Assembly: GCA_963575745.1 (NCBI GenBank)
Contig: CAUYUJ010000203.1
Coordinates: 496,001-560,000, forward strand
Source: Prorocentrum cordatum
Taxonomy: Eukaryota
Reading direction: 5' to 3'
DNA length: 64,000 nt
The notes under the pieces are model-generated. The model was not told the origin of the DNA. It was given only the letters and a program-made list of their open reading frames with translations, and made no database searches. The position numbers and the translations under genes were made by a program. Position 1 is the stretch's first letter, and each line of letters begins with the position of its first letter. This document shows positions 22,948 to 37,300 of this stretch, one piece after another.

Positions 22948-25869
22948 GGCAGGTAGCTTCGCCCCGCGGTAGGACCCCTTCGGCAGAGCCTCTCCCCTCC
23001 CGCCTCTCCCCCTCCCTCTTTGCGCCCAGGGGGCGCCCCGTGCGCCCAAGGAGTGGCAGGCAGAGGTCGTGAAGGGCACTTGCCCCGCCCACCCGCCACC
23101 TTTTGTAAGTGGGTAATTCATTTAGGTGTTGTTTATTGCCGTTCTGGAGCCATGCCCCCCCCATGCCCTTCTCCTCCCGCTTTTGCCCCTTCCCCGCCCT
23201 CCCGGGCGCCCCCCCCCCCCCCGAATCCTCTGCAGATCGACGGCGCCGCGGTCGCAACAAACATCGCCCTGTCTTCTCCCCCTCCCGTCCTCCCGCTCCG
23301 CAGGGCTGGGTTGGGTCGGGCCGGGCCGAGATGGGCCGCTTCCCCCCGCTCCCTCGCCGTGGGGTTGGGCTGGGCGGGGGGGGGGTTGGGGCCGAGGGCC
23401 TGGGCCGCCCAGAGTGGCTGAGCAGGCGGCACCGCGGGAGCGCTCGTCTGGTGGTCCAGCCCCGCTGGCCGCATGGCCCTTTCGCCCTTCCTCCCTCTGC
23501 TTGCTCTTGTCTCCCCTGTCTCCCGCGTCTTCTCTCCCCGTCTTCTTCTCTCCCCTTCCGGCCCTTCCCCCCCCCGTGCCCGCCCCCCCCCCCCCCTCCC
23601 GCTTCGGGCCCGGGCCTGCTCGGGGGGGAGGGGCCTGCCCGAGCCGGGCCAGTGAAGGCCGAGCGGCGGTCTCGGAGCCTCTGCGCGCCGTGGTCGTTGC
23701 TGTTGCCGTCGCTGCCGTCGTCCCGTCGTCGTCGTCGCTGTCTGTCGCGCCGCTGTCGTGGTTGTTGTGGTCTGTGCCGTTGCGGTTGGTGTTGCCTGCG
23801 TCGCTGCTGCCGTGTGTCCTGCCGCCGCTTCGAGGTCCCCGACGGCCTTCCTCCGCCGCCCCCGTTCCGGGCCAGGCCTCCTTGGGTTCTCGGAGGAGGC
23901 GGTCGTTGAGCCGTGCCCTCCTGTGGCCCTGGTGGTCTCGGTCCTGCGTGGAGGCTGTGGCCGAAGCCTATCGGGTGTTGTTGCCTCTTTCTCTCTGCTC
24001 CTCTAGGGTCTGGCGTAGCTGCGAACGCCCGCCTCTTGCTCTCCCCTTCCCCAGCTCCGGCGCCCCCTCCCTCCCTTTTCCCTCCCTCCCTCCTTTCCCC
24101 CCCCTGCCCTGGTGGCCTTTCTCTCCCCGTCTGGTCTCCCCCCCTCCCGCCCTCCCTCCCTTCTGCAGAGCCCTCCCCCGCTCGCCCCTCTCCTTCCCTC
24201 TCTCCTTCCCTTTCTCCCTGCCTCCCTCCCGCCTTCCGCCCGGGAGCCCGGGTGGTCGTGTCGGGTCGGGCCGGGATGGGCCTCTCTCTTCGCCCCGTCC
24301 TCTCTCCCTTTCTCCTCCTCTCTGGGGTGGTTTTCTCTCCCCTTCCGATCTCGCCCCCTGCCGCCCTCCCTCCCCTCTGCCTGGCGCTTCTGGGGGAAGG
24401 TTCCCTGACCGCTGCTTGTTTGGGGGTCCCTTTGTCGCCACGGCTGGATTCTCCTCAGAGCTCTGGTCCTGCCCTGGGGTGCAGCGGGAACGGTTTTCCT
24501 CTCCCTGTGGGCCCCTGGCAGGCTGGCCGGGTCGGGCTGGGCCCCCTTCCCCCACCCTCGGGGTGGCTCCCTCTCCCCCTTCCTGTCACCGTCCCGCACC
24601 TGCGGGGTGCGTCGACCAGGCAGTGTAGTGGGGATCGGACGAGCTCCAGACAGGTGCTCCCTGCCTGGCCCCCCCCATGTTGCGGGGAGTCTCTGAGTTG
24701 CATCTGCTGCTTCGCTCTGGCTGAGGCTCAGGGCGGAGGTGTTGGCTGGAGCTGCGACGTCCTTCGGTGGCTGGGGGGGGGGTCCCTAGGTAGGGGCTGT
24801 GCCCCCCCCCCCCCGGCGCCTTGGCGCCGCTCCCCGGGCTCGCTTTGAGCGCTGGGGGGGGGGGGGTCCAGCGCCGACCCAAGCGTTCCGCCCAGGCCCC
24901 CCGAGAGCTTTAGCTTTCGCCTACCCTCCCCCCGTTCCCTCCAGTGCTAGCGCTTTGTCTTCCAGAGCCGTCGCAGCAAGGTCGCTTCCGAACCCTCTCC
25001 GGGTCGTGGCTCCTTGCTAAAAGGAAACGCCGTCCGACGCCTGCGCCGCCAGCTCAAAGGGAGCACACCTACCTACCTCCTCCTCCTCCTCCTCCTCCTC
25101 CTCCTCCTCCTCCTCCTCCTCCTCCTCCTCCCCCTCCTCCACCTCCTCCCACTCCTCCGCCTCCTCCTCCCTCCTCCCTCCTCGTGCTCGCCATCACCTC
25201 TTCCTGCGCGCGGAAATCAGGGCTCGCCCCGCAGAGAGGCCGGCGGCGGGCGCTGGGCTCTAATCGTAGCCGCCTTGGGGGAGGAGGGGTGAGGAAGAGG
25301 AGGACGGGGGAGGAGGGGGAAAGGGAGGAGGAGGAGGAGGAGGAGGAGAAAGAGAAAGGGGACAGGGAGACGGAGACGGATGGAGAAGAAGGAAGAGGGG
25401 GAGGAGGAGGAGGAGGAGGAGGAGGAGGAGGAGGAGGAGGAGGAAGAGGAGGAGGAGGAGGAGGAAGGAAAGGATGAGGAGGAGGAGGCGTAGGAGAAGG
25501 ATGAGGAGGAGCAGGAGGAGGAGGAGGACAAAGACAAGGACAAGAACAAGGCGCTTGGGGAGATGGGCCCAGTCAGAACGGCAGAAGCTCAAGGGATCTT
25601 CGGGCCTCCCTGCGTGAGGATATGTGTACAGGGCCCCCCTCACGGGAGCGACGGAAGGCCCCGTTGGGCCCTGTGACGCTGCCAATCCAACGGGGGTGTT
25701 ATACCACTCGAAAACAAAACGAAAACAGGGGCAAGCCTTGGAGGAGGAGGAGGAGACGACCGTAGGACAGAGGGAGGAGGAGGAGGAGGTGGAGGAGGAG
25801 GAGGAGGAGGAGGAGAAGGAGGAGGGGGAGCGAGTCCAATGGTCTCCATAGCCATCGACATTGACTAGG

Positions 25870-27700
25870 GAGCCGCAATATCAAACAACGGCCGCCCTGG
25901 TCGCGGGGTGCGTCACCGGTCGAGGGAATACCCGTGCGCGGGTGACACCCAACCTTGAGATTGTTCAGGATTGTTGTACGGAGGCGGCGAATATTCGTCT
26001 TGCCTGGGCCATTACAGGTTTCCACCAACACGGGAGATTGCCTGGTGGATGTTGGCCCACCACAATTCAGACAATGAACGAAGAGGCCTGTGGTGACAAG
26101 GTGATGTCCACGCACAAGCTCGTAGGAAGCCTCAAGGGCGATACTAGACACAGTGGGCTCCTGAGGTGACTGGTCGGCACTAGGCAGACTAGACACACAT
26201 TGCAGCTAGCACGCAAAGCCCTACTTCTAGCCGTAGCACTGGCAATCCCCGTGGAGGCTGCCGCATCCGTAGACGCCCCAGACTGGCCGCTGGCGGGGAT
26301 CGAACCCCCAGCGGCCTCCCTGGACCCAGCGGGTGACGCGGCAGGAGTCAAGGGTCCCGCGCCTTCAGGATGGCCAGCCTCAGGCCCCAAAAAGCGGTCG
26401 GCCGCTCGGAGAGCGATGGCGATTGCCACTGAGGACGAGGAGGGGAGGGAAACGCTCGTCGAGGAGGAGTAAGGCAGTTTCTGCCTGGCACGGACCATGG
26501 GGCGCTGCAGGGCGAAGGGCGCGCACGACGTGCGCTTAAGCCTCAGCAGCGTGGCCTCATTCGAAGCCCGCGCCGTGCACCGCGTAAAGATCCAGCCCTG
26601 GCCGTCCTTGGCCATCTCGCACCTGTTCTCGACCAGCTGCGCATGGCCACGAACAGCAGGCACCCGTCGTGTAGCAGGGGCCAGCTGCCTGAGCTCATCA
26701 CAGAGGGAGCCCACCGCCTCCATCATCCAGGACTGGGGCTTGGCCTCGGTCTTCGAGTCGCTCTCATCTTGACCCTGAACAGGCCCAGGAGCGTCGCAGG
26801 CAGTCGGCGGGCCTTCGCGCGGCCCAGGTAGTCCTGCGCGTCAAGGTCCTGCCGCTCGCGCTCAAGCGCGACCTGGAATAGCACCCTCCAGATGTGAGCG
26901 TACTGGCAACGGGGCAAGGCCAGCTCAGGATCCCAGCCACAGATCTCGTGAGCCAGGGCCGCCATATCTGTGAGCACGAAGCTCAGGTAGTCCATGTGGC
27001 GGAGCGCCTGGAGACACGCCCAGCGCTCCGCTCTGCCGACCGTCTGCCGTCGGCCTGGCAGTGCGCCGAATGCCGCACGGGCGGGCACCTAGTCCGTGCT
27101 GAGCTAGATGCAGGCCCAGCCGCAGCTGCACAACTCAAGCCAGGGGGTCTCGTAGCCCGAACCGTCATGGCAGACCACCGTGGACCTGGTGCTGATGTCC
27201 GTGGTCCAATCCCTCCACCCGCAGAGCTCGGCAGTGGGCTCCGCCTCGGGCACCGCACAGTGCAGCATGGGGAGGCCAAACGCGATATCGAAGCGGTCGT
27301 AATCGCTTTCGACCGCACCGTTGCTGCAACTCTCCTTCGTCCTCTTGCGCACCTGGAGCAGGCCCGCGTCCAGCTGCTCGATGGTGTCGCCCTCTTCCTG
27401 GCCGACGTTGAGCACCTTCGGGCATTGATAAAACTGGAGGCCCTTGATGCAATTCTCACGGCCCGGACAGAACGGGCTCCGCGGACTGGACACGTACCCC
27501 TCGGCGTGAACCTTCACCGCGTCTCATGACGCCCTCGCCCAGAGCTCCAACGTCCCTCAGCCTGGTGACGGCACGGAAGCGCAGCATAGTGAGCAGCGCC
27601 GAACTGTGAGTGCAACCAATCAGGATACGTTGGTTGTTGCAAATGGGTCGTGACCAGCAGCCATGGGCACGTGTCACCCTAGGCATTCTGAAGTAGGACT
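25870..27700 (-). mobile_element. decayed non-LTR retrotransposon 3' part (zf-RVT remnant, RNase H, Cys/His tail)
   Basis: GYVSSPRSPFCPG; VVCHDGSG..CSCGWAC; GALPGRRQTVGRAERWA..VLTD..AHIWRVL; GHHLV..HCLNCGG..ETC..LKVGCHPRTG. Several frameshifts. Confidence 0.85.
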
Positions 27701-28074
27701 AGGCCAGCAACTGCCACACCAGGAGGAGGAGGAGGAGGAGGAGGCAGAGGAGAAGGAAACGAATGAGGAGGAGGAGGAGGAGGAGCAGGCAGCAAAACCA
27801 ACAACAGCTGCAGGAGGGGGCACGGAAATGGTCTGAATCAGCCCGCTCGCTTTCTTGAGATGCGACCGACGCTCGGGAGCAACCTTGAGCGAAACTAGTT
27901 CGCGGCATGCGTGCGCGTGCCAATCGCCCCGTTGCTGTCCCGGTGCATGCAGCGGCCACGCAACGCACTTGCTGGGCTCAGGGGGCCGTGCCGAACATTA
28001 CCTGCGGAGCTGGCGGCACTACCTGTGGAGCTGTCAGCATGACTGTTGTGCTACACCATCTCTCGAGGAATTCC

Positions 28075-28240
28075 AGATGGGGTCCGAGTAGATGTGGTCG
28101 GAGGATCGCACCGCATCGCCAATGCATCGGCGACGTCGGCGTGGGGAAACATGGGCTCCACATCGAGCCGCATCGTCGATGCATCGGAGATGCGACGTGA
28201 TCCTCCGACCCTATTTGCTCGGACCCGATCTAGGAGGCCT
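28075..28240. mobile_element. MITE-like foldback element (CATCGCCGATG family), copy 1
   Basis: TIRs agatggggtccgagtagatgtggtcggaggatc / gatcctccgaccctatttgctcggacccgatct. Homologs at 60352-60565 and 60755-61000. Confidence 0.8.
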
Positions 28241-29309
28241 AGACCATCTCAACACAGGTAATTGTGGCAGGTCGGGGTGGCATACCATGGCGGACAGACT
28301 GCAACATATCACATGTTTGCCAGGGACGTCATGATGACAACCTAACGACTGCCCAACGTGTAGACCGACGATGCAATTATGTGTTCGTCTGCTTCGCTCC
28401 GAAACTGAATTGCGGCAACGGTCGACTCTCGCCGGTGAGATCATGAAATCAAAACGATATCACACTATTCTCAGCATCGCCAGCGTCACATGCCAACGTG
28501 CCATCCACAAATGGAAAACGAAGACCGTGCTGCCAGCTCAGACCATCCCGGAGCTCCCGATATTGGGGCACTGCGGGTCGCCGTCTCCAGCTGCCCTTTG
28601 GACCCCATACGTTGCAAGTCTTCTCTGCCCTGAACACTCCACGGCGCGCAGGAGAAGCAACCGTTCTCTCATTTCCTTCGTTACACTGGTTTTCGCGTGG
28701 CTTCCGCTGCTCGCTCGTGTGCTTATGCAACGGGGCACGTCCGCTGGCAGCTCCATCACTCTCTAACGCTCTACGCCGAACGACTGCCCCAGACTGGATT
28801 CCACCAGAAACGCCGCAGAGCAAGCGTCAAAACGGGGACCTATCGCGCGCGGGGGCGCCCGAAGAAATGATAGCGAATGGGCCTCTGTGCGAAACCCACT
28901 TCGCCAGCATTGCGAGACGGCTCTTCACCAGCCCGTTCCTTGCTTGGGGGGCGCCCGAGGGAGCCCTGAACGGCAAGGGCTTGCGGCAAGCGCGCATTGC
29001 ACCGAGGTGCATGCACAAAGGGGGGACAAGACTGAGCCTGGAACCCTGGGGATCCAAAGGGTCTCGAGAGTCTCGTTGCCAACGGAAGGCCCGCCTTCGC
29101 AGGGAACGCTGCCGACCATTCGAAAGATTCTGAGGCGCACTGTAAACCACTGCTTGACACTCCGCCCGGCACCGCGCTCTGCAGAACAGCATTGGCCCTG
29201 GCCACACCCCATCGAGCGGCCCTGCTGGGTGGGCCCTAAGGCACAGGACGAGCCTTCCCCCATCCCCCCACCCCAACGCCCGACCACGACCACTGGACGA
29301 CGCCCGTCC

Positions 29310-29458
29310 ACAAACTTGTTGCGCTCCGCGCGGATGTCTTGGATCTGCGCTGGGACCCCCTCCCTGGCGCGCGCAGAGCGCCAGGGGCGGCGCCGGAGGC
29401 GCCACCAGGGGGCCCAGGCGCCGATCCAAGAAATCCGCGCGGAGCTTCAACAGTTTAT
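29310..29458. repeat. T-shaped palindromic element
   Basis: Arms gctccgcgcggatgtcttggatc / gatccaagaaatccgcgcggagc. Inner hairpins cctggcgc..gcgccagg and ggcggcgcc-gga-ggcgccacc. Confidence 0.85.
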
Positions 29459-29739
29459 GTTCATGGTGATTTTTTCCTCTTCGAACAGAAGAAGGAGGAT
29501 GCGAATGAGCATCAGGACTCTCGTGAGCGGCCAGCGGATGGATGGCCAGAGGCGGAGCAGAGTCCGCGCCTTGTCGAAGGAGGCAGAAAGTTACACAGCG
29601 AGCTCAAAGCCGCGGAGGAGCGGCACAATCTTCTGTGGCGGTCTGATACGGTGGGAGCAGGTCGATCAGGATGACGAGAAGGACTGATGAGGACGAGGAA
29701 AGGGGAGGAGGAGGCGGGGCAGGAGGGGAATGAAGCCTC

Positions 29740-29852
29740 CGGTCCGCAGCTGCCAGCAAGAGACAGCGGAGCTGCCGTCGGAGGAGACGAGCCCGTCGGA
29801 GTCGGATGGGTCGACGCCCACGGCCGTGTCCTCGTCGGGGCTCTCCTCGTCC
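29740..29852 (-). CDS. candidate further 3' exon of the PqiA-family gene (acidic tail)
   Basis: aaagag|GAC GAG GAG AGC... reads DEESPDEDTAVGVDPSDSDGLVSSDGSSAVSC. It could join ...RLREEE via a GA donor near 32408. Unproven. Confidence 0.3.
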
Positions 29853-30004
29853 TCTTTGGCGGCGAGCCCATGGGGGGAAGGCAGAGGGGGCTGCATTTCT
29901 CGGAATACCTCCAGCCCTCTGAGAAGGCTTCCGAGCCTTCTCCGAAGACACAGGGTGCTGCTCAGAAGGCGCGAGGGTATCTGAGCAGCGCCGCCGCCTT
30001 CCTT

Positions 30005-30247
30005 GCACCGAGGAGGCAAGGATGCGAGGGCACCCTTGGGAAGGTCGGCCATCCTTGCTATGCGGGTTGACGGTGGGTCCCCCGACTCGTCAGCGCTCGG
30101 GGCAGGCGCGGCAGAGCGCGGCATGGTTGGGCCACCGTGCCCACGAGCGGCGAGCGTACCCGCATCCGCGCCCTCGCGGCCTGGACTGCGGGGCGCGACC
30201 CCCGCGGGTGGGCAGGTTGCCTACCCTTGCTATGCGGGCTGGCTGTG
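30005..30247. repeat. partial copies of the CAGTCAACC MITE
   Basis: gaggaggcaaggatgcgagggcacccttgggaaggtcggccatccttgctatgcgggttgac matches 32188-32248. A second fragment lies at 30215-30247. Confidence 0.7.
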
Positions 30248-32077
30248 TCTTCCAAGTCCACCGCCCGCCGCGGTCCCCGACGACGGACCGAGCCCTCGGG
30301 GCGGCGGTCCTGGAGAGAGCCCCCCCGCCTCGGGCCCCGCGCCGAGGCCGCCTCGGGCCTCCACGGGGGAACTCTGGAGGCCAGCCGGGGCTGCGGCAGG
30401 CTCGCGTCGGTAGTGATCTACCGTGTTCCTCGAGGGCGCCCTAACCTCGCGCTTCGCGCTGCGCGGAGCGTGAGTAGCTTCGCGCCCTCGAGGCCCCCCC
30501 CCCCAGGGGAGAAGAGGGGGACGAGGAGGAAGCGGAGCCGAACTGCGAAGCGCGAGCAACTTCGCGCCCTCGAGGGCGCCCCTGTTTGGAGTGCTGCTGC
30601 CCCGCCCCCTGTCGGCAATCGGGGCTGCGCACAGGGCAGCCCTCGAGGAGGTGTGGACCAGGTCGGCAGGCTTGTGCCGCGCCGACCCCAGCGTGGGTTC
30701 CTGACACCGCGGGGGTCGTTGAACCTGGAGCGATCGGCCCGAAACGTCCGATCGTTCGGGCGTCCGGCGTCGCATAGTAGGGGGCGATACGCGGGGGGGG
30801 GAAAGGTGCACATTTCCGGCCCTAAAGCCCCCCCTTTGGAGCCCTACTGGGCTTCCGGGGCCCTACAAGGGCTCCTTTTCTGCAACCCTCGCTGCCCCCC
30901 CCCCCGTTCTATCGCCCCCTCCCCCCCCCCCCCCTTCTTGTGAGAGGCCCAAACATCCATCGATTCTGGATCGCCGGCGCGGCGCTCCACATGGAACGCC
31001 AGCGGCGTCGGCGCCGCTGGTCGACACGACGCGAACCTACCGTCAGAAGGCCAGCAGCCCCTGGCCAAGCGGCCGCTCGAGGCGGCCTCCGCGAGCCCTC
31101 CACTTCCCCGGCGCTCTGGTCGCGACCGGGCGCTCTGCTCCCCCTGCGGCCCCGCCGGGCGCGGTCCCACGCGCGGCCTCCCGCCGGGTGCGCTCAGCGT
31201 TGCACGCCGGCGGCGGAGTCGCCGCTGGCCGACGCGGCGCGAGCCTACCGCAGCCCAGGCCCCCGACGTGCGGAGCAGCCTGGGGGCGCCGCTCGGACGC
31301 GGCGTGGGGGTGCCGAGGCCGCCTCGGGCCACCACGGGGACCTGTTCGGGCCAGCCAGGGAGATGCGGCGGGCTCGCGTCGAGACGACCACGGCGCTGGC
31401 TTCGGAAGCCGCGCGGATCGCTCAACCCTGGACGATCGCGGCCTCTCGACAGCGCAGACCGCTGGACAAGTGCTGATCCTGGGCTGGCGGCGAGATCTGC
31501 CTTGAACGCCCGCCCTGGGGTCGCCGCGTCGATACGATGCGAACCTGATTACCTCCAGGGACGGTTACCATGGTGACCTGTCTAGACAAGCGTGTTCCAC
31601 GACTCGCAAAGTAACTACTCGCAATGGCCTGGATCCGCCGCGCGGGATCTACGATCCAATACATCGAGGCAGACATTCGTAGTTCGGACGCTTGCGAGCA
31701 GGCGCTTTGAAAGTAGTGGAACGCGCTCGATGACAGTCGGGGCCAGCCAGGGTTCTAGTCGGGGCTGATGTTGCGGCGGCTGCCCTGGCGGCACGAGATG
31801 CCCTGCGAGCTGAGCGCGTGTCGCTCCGCTCCACGGGGCGGGAGCCTGGGAAGGGCTCGAGGCGCTGGCGCACGGGAAGTGGGAAGTGGTCAGCGCGTCG
31901 CCGCGAAGCGCGTTTTGTTTTCGTTGCCTGGCACAAACGTCCGAGCAGGCCAGGCGCGGAGCGCTCGGCCCACCTTCCAGGAGGGCGCCCAGAATGCCTG
32001 AGTGAGTTCGCAGTCGGCCAAGGCCGGAGGCCCGAGAACAGCGGCGGCTCACGCAGCCTGGCTCCGCCGCTGCTGTA

Positions 32078-32250
32078 CAGTCAACCGGTATGGCAAGGAT
32101 GCGCGCCGAGGATGCAGGGGCCTGGGACGACCCTGTCGACGCATTTCGAGCGGGGCGCGGCCAACGAAAGTGGCCAAGGATGGACCGAGGAGGCAAGGAT
32201 GCGAGGGTACCACTGGGAAGGTTGCCCATCCTTCCTATGCGGGTTGACTG
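32078..32250. mobile_element. Tc1/mariner(pogo)-type MITE, copy 2
   Basis: TA|CAGTCAACCGG ... CGGGTTGACTG|TG; homologous to 20701-20870. Confidence 0.75.
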
Positions 32251-32561
32251 TGCGGGTTCGCTGCCGTATGGGGCCCTCTGGCAGCCAGACCCGCCGAAGC
32301 GCGGCAGGCCCGAGCCGGCGGAGCGGCAGGCCGAGCACGAGCGCCCGACCACAGCTCTCGGGGACTGCCCGCGCGGGGGCCCTGAGGCCCTGATGCCGCC
32401 CCCCGGTCCTCCTCCTCCCGGAGCCGCCGCTCCAGCGCGCGGGCGCACATGGCGAGCGCGGCCTTCGGCGTGGCGAAGGAGGCGCAGCCTGCCGCGAGCA
32501 GGGCCGGGAAGCCCGAGGCCAGGGCGCACTCCATGTGGAAGCAGTCCATGCTGAAGACGTC
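32235..32561 (-). CDS. PqiA-family membrane protein, 3' exon (3' boundary uncertain)
   Basis: gcagag|GAC: DVFSMDCFHMECALASGFPALLAAGCASF...ALERRL continues the second PqiA-like half in frame. Confidence 0.7.
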   Translation of the reverse strand, partial: DVFSMDCFHMECALASGFPALLAAGCASFATPKAALAMCARALERRLREEEDRGAASGPQGPRAGSPRELWSGARARPAAPPARACRASAGLAARGPHTAANPHSQPA

Positions 32562-32595
32562 CTCTGCGGAGGCCCAGATGTGGCATCGGGCCGCC

Positions 32596-33925
<1,330 letters not shown>

Positions 33926-33983
33926 CACTTCTTACTCCTCCTCCCAGGTTGGTGGTGGTCTCAAACGGCCCGCGATCGATGTC

Positions 33984-34348
33984 CCGGCCCGCTCTGCAGG
34001 TCTTGGCGATACTGCCCTCGTAGACCAGGAAGGTGGAGAAAAGCCCGAACTCGAAGTACGAGACCACCACGGCCAGCACGAACACGTCCAGCGCCGCCCA
34101 CGCGCCCAGGCCGTGGCAGAAGCCGATTGCTGCCTTCTGCGCCTTGGACGGCATTGGCAGCAGCCACACCACGAGCAGCGCAGCCGTCTCCAGCAGCGGA
34201 ACCAGCAGCGCGAAGAGAAAAAAAATGGCCTGGACCATCCGCAGCCCGACGTCCTGCTCGTTCCCGAGAGGGATGCCGGCACCAAGCTCCAGAAGGCTGT
34301 ACACCTGAACGGTGGCCGGCGGGTCCAGCAGCACGTGCACCAGAACAC
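33984..34348 (-). CDS. PqiA-family membrane protein, large exon (second PqiA-like half)
   Basis: VLVHVLLDPPATVQVYSLLELG...FALLVPLLETAALLVVWLLP...LGAWAALDVFVLAVVVSY carries the PqiA W(S/A)xLDVF motif after a P-x-L..W..P helix. Both boundaries are approximate. Confidence 0.85.
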
Positions 34349-37300
34349 CGGGTCAGCGGGAAGAGGCAGGGAGCGGGATCGAGGGGGAAAGGACAGGAAG
34401 GGGGACGGAGGAGGATGGAGAGGGCGAGCGCAAAGGGAGATGAGCGCTAGAAAACTTGATCGGACAGCAACGGGAAACGCAGATTTTGTCCATTGGACTC
34501 GTGGGGGGAACAGAATGAAAGGATGATGGCGACGGCAAGGCGGCGGATGTCGAGAATGGCAGCGTGTTGGACAAGGAGGGCAGCGAGGGGAGCGCAGAGG
34601 GATAACGAGTAGGAAGACAAGCACGAGGACGAGGAAGAGATGCAGGAGGACGAGTAGGAGGAGGAACGAAGCAGAGGAGGAAAGGGAGGATGAGAGGAAG
34701 AATAACCACAAAGACGCAGAAGGAAAGTAAGGAGCCCGACGAAAAAGGACGTCGAAGAAAAGAGGGGTCCTCGTGATCTTTTGAGGCTGCCCTGGGCTGT
34801 TGGGGCGGTCTGGGGCTATCTTGGGGCACCCTGGGGACGTCTTGGGGGCCTGTCGGGGTCCTCTTGGGGGCTACTGGAGTCTCCTTGGGCTGTCTGGGCA
34901 TGCCTTAGGGTTCCCTGTGGGCTCTCTCAGGCCATCTTGGCGCCCTCTTGGGCTGTCTTGGGCCGTCTTGGGGCACTCTTGGGCAGTCCTGGGGCCTCTT
35001 CGGGCGCTCTTGGGAGCCTCTGGGTGCCTCTTGGGGGCTCCTCGGGGCGCTGTTGGGGTCCCCTGGAGGCCATTGGGGAGCGCTCTTGGGTCGTTTTGAA
35101 TCCTTCGGGAGTGACTCCAAGATAATGCTGGTTCGGAGTCCTCTCCAAATCTCGTTTTCCGAAGCTGTCTCGAGCGAAACGACCGTTGTCCTAGAATCTG
35201 CTAGAGAAGTTCCCGTGCAGCTCGCATCCCTTGGCGAGAGAAATTTGAATTCTACTCCAGAACCAACGGTGCACGATGGAGGCGCTTCCCGTCATCCGCC
35301 ACCATGTCTCCTGGCCTGTTGAGGCGTGGTATGATGCCAAATGCTGTCTTGCAAGGCATCTGTATTCTCATAACAGCCCCCGCGCCACCACTAGCGGACC
35401 GCCGCGTGCATCCCCTGTAATGCTGAGGCCACGATCCCTCGTGCAAAACAGATCCGCGCTCCCCAGGCCAATATCTCTTGTGAAAAATGGTGTGTTTATC
35501 TCCCGAGTTTCAAGACGGCTCAGTCAGGCAACCAAGGCAATCGAGATGGCTCAAATGCGAAGACGACGCCAAAAGATGAAACCAACAAGACCCAATGTGG
35601 CTGCAAGACGGCCGAATAACGTGCTTCCACGAGGGCCACAGAAGGCCACAAAAGGTCACCCTATAGAGTCCGAAGGAAATGCCATTCAAGGTTTTCAAGG
35701 ATGGTTGCATTCTGACGCTTCCGTCAGCTCAGGACGGCCCACTCCAAGATGACCAAACGACGGCCCAAGAATCCCCCAAGAGGGTTCCAAGATGGCCCGC
35801 GAGGACCCCGCGATGGCCCAAGACGCATCCAAGACGACCCAAGAAGGCGCCTGGAGGGAACCCAGGTAGCCTTAGAAGGCCCTTCTACGGCACATCATGG
35901 CGCCAAGACGGCACCACGACGGCGCCAAAACGGCCCCACCACGGCCGCCAGAACCCTTCCCCACAGCCATGAGGGCCCCATGACGGCCCAAGAGAACCTA
36001 ACGACGGCCCAAGGACGCCCAAGACGGCCAAAGAGGGCCCCACGCTTGTCCCGAGGGACCCCCAAGACTGTTCCACAGAAGGCCAAGACAACCCCAAGAC
36101 GGCCCGAATGAGTTCCATAAGAGCTCCTCAAGAAGTGAAGAAGAACGGTGTCACATGTGACGGCCTTCCTCGTCCTCGTTATCCTCCTGCTCTTGCTCCT
36201 GCTGATGCTCCTTGCCAACATCATCATCATCATCATCATCATCAGCAGCAACAACATCATCATCATCATCACCCTCAGAATCCACATAGTCATCACTGTC
36301 CTCATCACAGCTTCTCCAAGCCTGAGGACACGAGGGGTCACACGAGACAACATCCCATTCCCCTCGAACAATCGCAGGCAGCTGGATCTAGCAGGAGATG
36401 AACAGATGGATGTGATATGTGATCGGGTGGTCGGGAGAAGGAATATGTAGCGGGGGTGCGGAAGAGAGGGGATGGGAATGGAAGGATGGGGAAGAGAGGG
36501 GAGGGGATGTATGTTAGCGTTTCGCGCCGTGCGCCTTGGTCCTTCAAATGTCCTACACAGGCGGGATGAGAGAGAGATGCAGAGAGAGAGAGATAGAGAG
36601 AGACCGAGAGAAGAATTGTGTATTACTGTCCCCGCTGTCCATCGCGTCGTTCTCTTCCTCTTCGTTATTATCCCCTTGTTCCTCATCCTTGTTTCTCTTC
36701 CTTGCTCTGGCCCATTCATGTGAATCCTCCCCTGTCTTCTGTCTTCGAAGTTTATCGCAGAGGCTCCTCCTTGGGAGGTCTCTCGAGGGCCTCTCGAAGG
36801 ATTCCTGGAGGCCTCTGGAGGCTTCGTGGGAGCGTTTCGGGAGCCTCTGGGGGCTCCTTGGGACCATCGTGCTGCCAACCGCTGTTTCCCTCAACGACTA
36901 AGTTCGGATGTGGAAAACTCTGTGGGGCATTCTGGCATCGTCTTGAACCGTGTCGCGGGTTCTTCGGGCACTGTCAGGCCGTGTTGGGGCTCTCTTGGGC
37001 CGTCGTGAGGCCTTGTTGGTCGGTCGAGGGGCGATCTACGGGGCCTCTTTGGCGACCTCGGACGCCCGAAGAACCGAAGCAGCGCATGTCCCCGAATCGA
37101 ACCATACAGTGTGTGTTGTTTAGCGCATCCTTTCGGCGCAATGCTGGGAACCTGGCAACAGCGGGCAGACTGCGGCGAGACGCACGGCGCTCATGCCGGA
37201 ACGCACCACGCTGAAAAAGGCGGGGTTGAATTGCAGATTCCAGCACGCACGCGCAGGTACCTCAAGCTGATAATGGCTATACCACGCCAGATACAAAATC

